From IMG/VR virus record IMGVR_UViG_3300004686_000002, positions 62,001 to 126,000 of that record: a stretch of DNA of 64,000 bases; one strand, given 5' to 3'. The notes below the pieces were generated by a model that was given only the letters and a program-made list of their open reading frames with translations, searched no databases and was not told where the DNA came from. Position numbers and translations under genes: made by a program. The DNA comes from an uncultured virus (IMG/VR IMGVR_UViG_3300004686_000002). Taxonomy: Duplodnaviria; Heunggongvirae; Uroviricota; Caudoviricetes. Every line of letters starts with the position of its first letter. Within the stretch, counting starts at the first letter, position 1. Shown piece after piece: positions 57,073 to 64,000 of this stretch.

Positions 57073-57618
57073 ATGAAGAAACCAACAAATAACAAACCTA
57101 GAGTAAAAGCAAAAAACCAAAAGCTGGTATCTCGTGCAGTGAAAGAAGCGGGATTCAAAAATATTAAAGAGGCCAAGGAAGTGATGGCAAAGCAGAAAGA
57201 GCAGATTTCTGCTGATACCGCGGTAGAGCAAGCAAATCTGGAATTGATCATTCCCGAAGGAGCGAACTATCAATTTATCAAGAATGAAGTCGAAAACCTC
57301 AAGAATGAAGGAGCTCCTTTTGCGTATATCACAGAGCGTGTTAAGTATCTTGTTTGGAAGACCAGAGCCTCAGAGATTGAAGCAGAAAAGAACAAAACCC
57401 AAAAATGCATTTGCGGACGTAATCAATGCCGCGAGGGGCAAGAAAATAATTATATTGAACACGTTGGAAGTCCCAATGAAATCACAAAGGCAACCACCGG
57501 AAGAATTCCAATTAATATTGGAGATGCCTTTATCATTTCTAATCAGGAAGTAGACCAAAATCTTATTCAGGAGTTTAAGGAGATCTTTGGCCCTATCTTT
57601 AAAGTCCTGAAAGTTTGA
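57073..57618 (+). CDS. Hypothetical protein
   Basis: 181 aa, basic N-terminus, CICGRNQC. Confidence 0.6.
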   Translation: MKKPTNNKPRVKAKNQKLVSRAVKEAGFKNIKEAKEVMAKQKEQISADTAVEQANLELIIPEGANYQFIKNEVENLKNEGAPFAYITERVKYLVWKTRASEIEAEKNKTQKCICGRNQCREGQENNYIEHVGSPNEITKATTGRIPINIGDAFIISNQEVDQNLIQEFKEIFGPIFKVLKV

Positions 57619-57633
57619 ATAAACAGTCACGAT

Positions 57634-57714
57634 ATGTCAGAACTGTTTGCATTTGGGCTAGCAGGATTCCTGATAGTCATGTGCTACAAAGTCTGGAAAA
57701 TATTCGATAAATAA
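57634..57714 (+). CDS. 26 aa single-pass membrane peptide (putative)
   Basis: MSELFAFGLAGFLIVMCYKVWKIFDK, just before a terminator. Confidence 0.4.
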   Translation: MSELFAFGLAGFLIVMCYKVWKIFDK

Positions 57715-57737
57715 AATTCGGGGTTGGTGGTTAGAAG

Positions 57738-57779
57738 TTATAGGTCGGGGCAATCGTAGCCCCGGCCTATAATTTTTTT
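57738..57779 (+). terminator. Intrinsic terminator
   Basis: TTATAGGTCGGGGC-N7-GCCCCGGCCTATAA-TTTTTTT. Confidence 0.85.
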
Positions 57780-57837
57780 GTTTAATAATGAACTAAAAGC
57801 TTTTAAACTTTAATGAACCCCTAACCATAGATAATTA

Positions 57838-58851
57838 ATGTTTATTTTTATAGTAACCCTGTCCGCCCTTTTTATTGCTGGCTGTGCAGCCTTCTTTTCC
57901 ATTAAAGGAATAACTCTTCTTTTTGCTGGCAGTGCACTATCTGTGGGTGTAATGGCCTCGTCCTTAGAGATAGGCAAACTTGTTGCCGCGAGTTTTCTAC
58001 ATAGGCAATGGAGCAAGATCTCTCTATCTCTAAAAATATATCTTTGCTTGGCTGTGAGTATACTGATGATGATTACATCTCTGGGAATATTTGGTTTTTT
58101 AACCAGGGCCTATGAGGAGCATAGAGGTGTGGCCGTTGGTTACGAAAATGAGCTAAAGGGCTACGATGTTCAGGTAAAAATATTGCAAGACGAGCTTTCT
58201 GCCGGGCAGATCAGAATAGAAAGCTTAAACGCCCTTAGAAAGGACCAGGAGGCCCGTGTAACTGCTGCAGGTAAATACAAGGCCCCTAGAGAGCAGGCAT
58301 ATAAAGCCATAGCAGATGCAGATAAAGAAATAGCAGAAAAAGAAACCAAGACTTCTGAATTACGCAAAAAGATAGGAGAGCTAGAAATTAAAAAAACAGA
58401 AACATCTTCTGCAATAAATACAAAGACAGATGTTGGCACCTTTACATTTGTAGCAAAGGCGTTGAATACTGATGTAGATACAGCGGTAAAATGGTTTATT
58501 CTCTCACTGGTTTTTGTGTTTGATCCACTGGCGGTTTCTCTAATTTTGGCCCTTAATCAATTGGTAGAAGAAAGGGAGAAAATCAAAAAAAGTGAAAATG
58601 TTTGCTACAGAGAGCCTATAGAGAGAGAGGTAGAAAAAAGTGAAGATCTAAATGAAGATGTTGTTATGGAAGAAATCCATACAGCTCCAGTAGAACCTGA
58701 AGCTACTCAGTCTCCAAAAGTTGAAGAGCCAGCTCTCCAACCCGTCGTGAGTCCAGAAGTTTCAGAAATCCCGGAAACCATTCAATTAAATGAACACACA
58801 CCGCAGAAAATACTTGTAGGAAAAAATAATTCGATTATAACTATTAAATAA
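57838..58851 (+). CDS. Membrane protein with long coiled coil
   Basis: Three N-terminal hydrophobic helices (LEIGKLV, ITSLGIFGFL), a coiled coil, then FVFDPLAV helix. Confidence 0.7.
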   Translation: MFIFIVTLSALFIAGCAAFFSIKGITLLFAGSALSVGVMASSLEIGKLVAASFLHRQWSKISLSLKIYLCLAVSILMMITSLGIFGFLTRAYEEHRGVAVGYENELKGYDVQVKILQDELSAGQIRIESLNALRKDQEARVTAAGKYKAPREQAYKAIADADKEIAEKETKTSELRKKIGELEIKKTETSSAINTKTDVGTFTFVAKALNTDVDTAVKWFILSLVFVFDPLAVSLILALNQLVEEREKIKKSENVCYREPIEREVEKSEDLNEDVVMEEIHTAPVEPEATQSPKVEEPALQPVVSPEVSEIPETIQLNEHTPQKILVGKNNSIITIK

Positions 58852-58852
58852 C

Positions 58853-58936
58853 GCCTGAGTCCCTTAGTGGCCAATAGGATCGGTTTTGTAAACCGACGCG
58901 CAAGCTTCGTGAGTTCGAATCTCACCTCAGGCTCCA
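58853..58936 (+). tRNA. tRNA-Thr(UGU) with long variable arm
   Basis: Acceptor GCCTGAG/CTCAGGC, anticodon arm TCGGT-TTTGTAA-ACCGA, T arm GTGAG-TTCGAAT-CTCAC, encoded CCA. Confidence 0.85.
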
Positions 58937-58945
58937 ATTTTTAAT

Positions 58946-59716
58946 ATGCGACTATTCGATTGCTTTCTATATAACGGGGAAGAAAAAATGTTAACCTTTA
59001 GGTTGCATGAGTTAAACGAAGTAGTGGATTACTTTGTAATTGTAGAGGCAGACACTGGGTTTTCTGGAAGCAAAAAGCCAATTAGGTTCAATATAGATAA
59101 CTTTAAGTCTTTTGAAGAAAAAATAATTTATAGGCCTTACACGTTCCCTCCTACCTCTAACGCCTGGGAAAATGAAGCAAAGCAGCGAACATATTTAGCT
59201 AGCGGTTTAAATCAATTAACACCAAATAAAGCAGACTTGGTAATGCTGTCTGATGTTGATGAAATACCTGACACAACAGTATTAAAGCAGATTAAATCTT
59301 CAGGCATGGTAGGAGCTTTGGCCTTTTATCATAATTTTTATTATTATAATTATAAATGTAGAAATATTAATAAATGGGCAGGTACAGTCATAACCAGCAT
59401 AAATACCTTCAATACCCATTTTAATAATAACTTTGAGATTGTTAGAAATAGCAGATGGTCTATATCTAAAATAGGACAACCTGGAGATTACAAGTCAGGA
59501 GGTTGGCATTTCTCGTATTTTGGAGATGAGAATTATATAATAGATAAAATAAAGAACTTCTCACATCAGGAATACAACAACTCTAAATATACAGATCCAG
59601 AAACAATTAAAAAGTTAATCAAAGAAGGAAAAGATTTATTTTTTAGAGACGAGCAGAAATACGAGTTTATTGAGAACGGCGATTATTTGCCGAAAAATAT
59701 AAGCTTGCTGGATTAA
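58946..59716 (+). CDS. Glycosyltransferase family 17-like
   Basis: FDCFLYNGE...RLHEL...VDYFVIVEA, WENEAKQR, LSDVDEIP, GGWHFSY. Confidence 0.88.
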   Translation: MRLFDCFLYNGEEKMLTFRLHELNEVVDYFVIVEADTGFSGSKKPIRFNIDNFKSFEEKIIYRPYTFPPTSNAWENEAKQRTYLASGLNQLTPNKADLVMLSDVDEIPDTTVLKQIKSSGMVGALAFYHNFYYYNYKCRNINKWAGTVITSINTFNTHFNNNFEIVRNSRWSISKIGQPGDYKSGGWHFSYFGDENYIIDKIKNFSHQEYNNSKYTDPETIKKLIKEGKDLFFRDEQKYEFIENGDYLPKNISLLD

Positions 59717-59733
59717 TTTTTAACTGCAGAAAT

Positions 59734-61113
59734 ATGATTACTGTTTTTTATCATATGTTTTGCGTGAATAATGCAATTGATTTGTTTAATCAAACTTTAA
59801 AAAAAATTAAAAGCAGTGGCTTATACGACGAACTAGATCAAATTTACTTAAGTTTAAACGGCCCCAATACAGAGCTATATCGCCAGGCTTTAAACATACA
59901 TGATTCAAAAATTAACGTAATAGAATTCAATTATAACTATCACGGAGAGTTTAATACTTTAAATTTTATATCAGACTTCTGTAAATTTAACGAAGGCAAA
60001 ATTCTATATCTACACAGTAAGGGAGTTACACACCCCTTGCATAATCCTGTTAATCACTGGAGAGAGTATATGGAATACTTTGTCATAGAAAATTTTAAAG
60101 ATTGTTTAGATGGTTTGCAAAAAAACGACACCGTTGGAGTTAATTTACAAGAAGATCCAAAAAAGCACTACTCTGGAAATATGTGGTGGGCAAACGCCAG
60201 CCACATTAGAAAATTACCCAAAATAGAAAATTATCGTGACAGGCTCTATTGTGAGTTTTGGTTGCTTGATACTTCTTTTAACACACCATTAAATTTATAC
60301 TCCTCAAATAAAAATCACTATATAGATATTTTTCCTAGAGACGAATATTTAGGAAAGCTTAAAAAAAACAATATCTTAAACCGTAAAGTATTTTCACACA
60401 CCGGATATATAGGTGACATAATTGCTTTTCTGCCCATTTTTAAAAATTTAGAAGGAACCACCATACAAATAAAAGATGGTCCTTCGGGGTTTGAACCGAT
60501 GGCTGGCAATAAATATGACTCTATAAAGCCATTGCTAGAGTCTCAAGATATTGAAGTTTATTTCGGTGAGAATGAGCTAGCTGTAGACTATGATGTACAT
60601 CCATGGAGAGAATGCTACCAGCCAGGAATTACTTTAATAGATGCGCAAGCCAGATACTTAAACGTAGTCTGTAGAGCATCAGGTAAATTTATAGTTAATG
60701 AGCCTTGGTTAAATGTACCAAAAGATCCAAATACAAAAGGTAGAGTGATATTCAATAGAACTACTAGGTATAGAAATGATAATTTTAAATGGGTTGAGGT
60801 ATTTAATTATTTTGGAGATAAGGCATTATTCGTTGGCACAGAAGCAGAGCACTCTGAATTTTGTGAAGCTTATGGCAATATAGAATATTATATAACAAAA
60901 GATTGCTATCATGTAGCCAGGGCAATAGCGGGAGCAGACTTTTTTGTAGGAAATCAATCTAGTGCTTGTTGGATTGCTATGGGGTTATTTAAACCTTTAC
61001 TGCAAGAAGTTTTCGAAGAACACCCTAATAGCCAAATAAATTACCCAGGAGCATATTATCCTGCTAACGGTAAAATTGATTTTAATATATTAGATAACTA
61101 TAATTTAAATTAA
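59734..61113 (+). CDS. Two-domain putative glycosyltransferase
   Basis: N-domain LYLHSKGVT...WREYM...HYSGNMWWA; C-domain HTGYIGDII...ADFFVGNQSS (GT9/GT-B-like). Confidence 0.65.
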   Translation: MITVFYHMFCVNNAIDLFNQTLKKIKSSGLYDELDQIYLSLNGPNTELYRQALNIHDSKINVIEFNYNYHGEFNTLNFISDFCKFNEGKILYLHSKGVTHPLHNPVNHWREYMEYFVIENFKDCLDGLQKNDTVGVNLQEDPKKHYSGNMWWANASHIRKLPKIENYRDRLYCEFWLLDTSFNTPLNLYSSNKNHYIDIFPRDEYLGKLKKNNILNRKVFSHTGYIGDIIAFLPIFKNLEGTTIQIKDGPSGFEPMAGNKYDSIKPLLESQDIEVYFGENELAVDYDVHPWRECYQPGITLIDAQARYLNVVCRASGKFIVNEPWLNVPKDPNTKGRVIFNRTTRYRNDNFKWVEVFNYFGDKALFVGTEAEHSEFCEAYGNIEYYITKDCYHVARAIAGADFFVGNQSSACWIAMGLFKPLLQEVFEEHPNSQINYPGAYYPANGKIDFNILDNYNLN

Positions 61114-61169
61114 TAGAATATTGCCTTAAATATAACAGCCTTGTTTATATATGCCTATGTTTAGTATAA

Positions 61170-61841
61170 TTGGTAATGAACAATCCGGGCGAAATCACTT
61201 GGAATAGTTGGAAATTGTTTTGCGCCATAACAGGCAGAGAGAAGCTTTGGGGTGCAAAAATAGGGAGATTACTCACCCAAGAAGGAGTTCTTCCTACAGG
61301 GTTAGTTTTAGATGTAGGAACGGGTACCGGCGAGTTTTTAGACTCGCTCAAGAACTATACTCATAATGTAATAGGTATTGATATAGAAGATTACAGAGTA
61401 TTAAAAACATTTAAATTTCAGAAAGTAGGTGTAGAGAAATATAAAGGCATAGCCCCTAATGTAGTTATATATAAACAAGTTTTTCATTTAATCTCTTCTC
61501 CTTTCCACATAGCTGAAAAATATCCGAAAGCTACCATAGTGATTATGCAGATGCCTTTTGAGGAAATTCACGGCTCTGCAAATCCTTTAGAAGACACTAA
61601 TCAAAATAGAATAAAATTTAACAGATTAGGCTATGCTACAGAGATATACACAATAACTCTAAGATTTAAATTACCAGAAGAAAAATACAAGGAGTTTATT
61701 CTTTCTGGATATATGTCCAACCTATCAAAGATGGATTTATCTCAAAGATTAGAAGTTTGGGAAGCCCTGAAAAACGACTATAAAGGAATATACAGAGATA
61801 AGTTGGAGATACTCATAGCCTATCCTCAAAGCGAGTTGTAA
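61170..61841 (+). CDS. Class I SAM-dependent methyltransferase
   Basis: VLDVGTGTGEF...IGID. Confidence 0.8.
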   Translation: MVMNNPGEITWNSWKLFCAITGREKLWGAKIGRLLTQEGVLPTGLVLDVGTGTGEFLDSLKNYTHNVIGIDIEDYRVLKTFKFQKVGVEKYKGIAPNVVIYKQVFHLISSPFHIAEKYPKATIVIMQMPFEEIHGSANPLEDTNQNRIKFNRLGYATEIYTITLRFKLPEEKYKEFILSGYMSNLSKMDLSQRLEVWEALKNDYKGIYRDKLEILIAYPQSEL

Positions 61842-61847
61842 CGGCTA

Positions 61848-62060
61848 TTATGTAAGTTTCTCAAGGTCTTTAACGTCTCTTTCCGCTCTAAGTTTAAGCT
61901 CGTTCAGTTCTTTTTTATAGCTCTCGATTAAAGCTTTATTTTTTTTACTAAACGGACGTTTTGCGGTATCAGACAATACTTTAACTTTATTTTTTAAGTC
62001 CTCTAGCCTGGAATATATCCAGTCTAAATCCTCTTCTATTAATTTCATCTTGTCGCTCAT
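61848..62060 (-). CDS. Coiled-coil hypothetical protein
   Basis: 70 aa. Confidence 0.55.
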   Translation of the reverse strand: MSDKMKLIEEDLDWIYSRLEDLKNKVKVLSDTAKRPFSKKNKALIESYKKELNELKLRAERDVKDLEKLT

Positions 62061-62062
62061 AC

Positions 62063-62473
62063 TTAAATCCAGGAAGCATATGTCATTCCTTTTGGTTTAG
62101 GTTCTAGTCGATAGTCTATAAATAACTCATCACCCACAGTTATATTCTTTTGAGCCACCACCAATCTCTCCTCTAGCTTCCATAAGCAGTTAGGATTTCG
62201 ACTATGATTTATATATGAAAACTTACTCCAGCTATCGCTAGTTATGCAGTTTTCGCTGTCTATCATAACATATAGATTTTTACGCTTTTTATCTTCGCAA
62301 AGATCGGAGTACTTGAGGTGATACCAGCTAGCTGGAAACAGATTATAGTTTACAATAATCTCACCTATCTCAAAGTCTTTCGCCGCGAATAAGCCGTAGC
62401 CTTCTGTGAATGACGCTTTTACTTTTGTGTTTGGAGCATCATCGTTATTTATAATTATGTCTAATTTTAACAT
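62063..62473 (-). CDS. SET-domain protein-lysine methyltransferase
   Basis: GYGLFA, YINHSRNPN, GDELFIDY. Confidence 0.9.
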   Translation of the reverse strand: MLKLDIIINNDDAPNTKVKASFTEGYGLFAAKDFEIGEIIVNYNLFPASWYHLKYSDLCEDKKRKNLYVMIDSENCITSDSWSKFSYINHSRNPNCLWKLEERLVVAQKNITVGDELFIDYRLEPKPKGMTYASWI

Positions 62474-62475
62474 GA

Positions 62476-63090
62476 TTAAAGCGTGGGTTGATTAGATAAT
62501 ATTTTAGCCAATACCGTCATCTTATGCTCACCGTTGCCGGGCACATGCACCACAGCTGAAGAAGCGCAGAAGTCAGATTCGTAAGCATTGAAAAGTGACT
62601 TTGGTGCAACACCTATCCTGTTTTGCAAATCCATAAAATTTTCTTTTTCTAGTTTCATAAACGCTGCTTGCTCCCACCAGCAGTGATCTATAAATTCTCT
62701 TTGCTCCCACATTGCATCTAGCAATATTTTATTTTCATTACAATTACGCCAAAGCATAACCCCACAATTAAATCCGTTATCATCTCTAGATAAAACTATA
62801 TCTTTATTTTCATGAATAAAATCTAATATTGATTTTTTAAAATTGTAAAAAACCGCATCTGCATCAATCCACATAACCCATTCACAAGGCAGTTCAAAAG
62901 CTTTTTTAATGCTTTTTATTTTATACCAAGAGGGGGGCCTTTCCAAATTTTCTAAAATTTCTGTTTGAAATATTAAGTTGTGCTGTTCAGCATATCTTTT
63001 ATTTCTTTCAAAAGTGAAATTCGACACCCACTGAAAATTTTTGGTGGTTAAGCTGCAAACTATTAACTTTATTTTTTCTTCAGTAGTCAT
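62476..63090 (-). CDS. Glycosyltransferase family 34 (GMA12/MNN10-like)
   Basis: RPPSWYKI, WVMWIDADA, FNCGVML, WEQAA, VHVPG. Confidence 0.85.
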   Translation of the reverse strand: MTTEEKIKLIVCSLTTKNFQWVSNFTFERNKRYAEQHNLIFQTEILENLERPPSWYKIKSIKKAFELPCEWVMWIDADAVFYNFKKSILDFIHENKDIVLSRDDNGFNCGVMLWRNCNENKILLDAMWEQREFIDHCWWEQAAFMKLEKENFMDLQNRIGVAPKSLFNAYESDFCASSAVVHVPGNGEHKMTVLAKILSNQPTL

Positions 63091-63112
63091 TCTATAAATT
63101 AATAGCTTGCGA

Positions 63113-63367
63113 CTAAAATGGGGGCTGATCTTTACCTGTTATTTTCCAGTAGAGATAAGGAATGAATGTTCTATAGTATAAGGATTCCAACCTAGTTCTA
63201 GCTCTATTGTACCAGCGGTTTTGTTTTTCAAGAAAGCGCTCATCATCTATATGCCATTTGATTATAGCGCTGAGCGCTTTCTTCGGGTCTTTATCTAGTT
63301 CTTCTGTATAGAGCCAGAGAACCTCCAGCTCATCTACAATTGCTTCTTTCCATTTATTCTTCGCCAT
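63113..63367 (-). CDS. Hypothetical protein
   Basis: 84 aa. Confidence 0.55.
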   Translation of the reverse strand: MAKNKWKEAIVDELEVLWLYTEELDKDPKKALSAIIKWHIDDERFLEKQNRWYNRARTRLESLYYRTFIPYLYWKITGKDQPPF

Positions 63368-63371
63368 AATC

Positions 63372-64000
63372 TTATGCCTCGCAGCTCTTGCAGCTCATAA
63401 TAGACCTGGCAAGTTTCTGGCTAGGGTTAGAACTACGCTGATAATAGAATGTCTTGATTCCCTGCTCCCAGCCAAAGATAAGAAGCTCATTAACTTCTTT
63501 AGGCTTGGCGGACAGAGGAATCATAAGATTTAAGCTCTGACCTTGATCTATATACTTCTGCCTATTTGCAGCCTGAATAACAATTTCTCGTTGGCTGATT
63601 TCTTCGAAGGTCTTGAATACATCTTTCTCGTGGTCTGTTAAGAAATCAAGGTTCTGCACACTTCCACCGTCCACAAGAATCTTCTTCCAGGTTTCTTCTG
63701 TGTCTTCGCCCTTTTCCTTGAGAAGCTTTTTAAGATAAGGATTTTTATATGTAAATTTACCTTTGGCCAGATCCTTCACATAGAAGTTACTAACCATAGG
63801 CTCTACGCTCTGAGAAACCTGCCCAAGGATAAAGGAGCTGGAGGTGGTGGGAGCAACCGCAAGAGTTGTACTATTCCTGCGACCATAACCCTCTAACAGC
63901 TCTGGCTCACCGAATAATTTGGCCAACTCCTGGGTTGCTTCGTCCGCTTCCCTCCGAATAGCTTTCCAAATAGTATTATTGTGTAGCTTAGCCTCCATAG
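63372..64000 (-). CDS. nrdA: Ribonucleotide reductase class I alpha subunit, C-terminal part (start outside the window)
   Basis: RRNSTTLAVAPTTSSS, RQKYIDQGQSLN, GIKTFYY, C-terminal CKSCEA. Confidence 0.93.
   Translation of the reverse strand, partial: MEAKLHNNTIWKAIRREADEATQELAKLFGEPELLEGYGRRNSTTLAVAPTTSSSFILGQVSQSVEPMVSNFYVKDLAKGKFTYKNPYLKKLLKEKGEDTEETWKKILVDGGSVQNLDFLTDHEKDVFKTFEEISQREIVIQAANRQKYIDQGQSLNLMIPLSAKPKEVNELLIFGWEQGIKTFYYQRSSNPSQKLARSIMSCKSCEA

Noticed and set aside
58880..58896. Calling the tRNA Tyr(GUA)
   Set aside because: Centring GTA in a 7-nt loop breaks the anticodon stem. The pairing TCGGT/ACCGA centres TGT.
33..61351. Short antisense or out-of-frame ORFs in the track (e.g. 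33..248, 8307..8576, 24564..24935, 40693..40977, 46883..47305)
   Set aside because: They lie inside longer, motif-bearing genes and are explained as shadows of codon bias.
1..64000. Stop-codon reassignment
   Set aside because: Coding density is high in the standard code, genes end in TAA, TAG and TGA at sensible places, and the tRNA is not a suppressor.
1..64000. CRISPR array, IS element, reverse transcriptase or DGR
   Set aside because: I saw no regularly spaced direct repeats and no DDE transposase or YxDD motifs. Short or degenerate repeats could be missed by eye.

Overview
The window is a segment of a large, AT-rich, contractile-tailed dsDNA phage genome (jumbo-myovirus-like), read in the standard bacterial code. 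I cannot name the phage or host. From 1 to 45.4 kb, almost all on the minus strand, lies a virion module: tail/baseplate genes, a tape measure gene preceded by a chaperone pair joined by a -1 slippery site, tail tube and sheath, neck proteins, major capsid protein, decoration and scaffold proteins, a prohead protease and many putative internal head proteins. A sigma70-family factor sits inside the baseplate operon. A multisubunit RNA polymerase is spread over four genes on both strands: beta-N, beta-middle, a beta-C/beta'-N fusion carrying the DxDGD centre, and beta'-C. About 20 head-associated proteins share a K-x-[A/S/G] motif and an F/Y-x-x-G-F helix, and about 10 of them carry glycine-zipper hydrophobic segments. 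I infer a protease-processed capsid cargo system. The coding strand switches at about 45.5 kb, where an HUH Rep-like gene lies. The right end has dCMP deaminase, a tRNA-Thr(UGU) with a long variable arm, three glycosyltransferase genes, a methyltransferase, a SET protein and part of nrdA. No portal, terminase large subunit, CRISPR array or IS element was recognised. All calls come from reading motifs and gene order by eye, with no database search.
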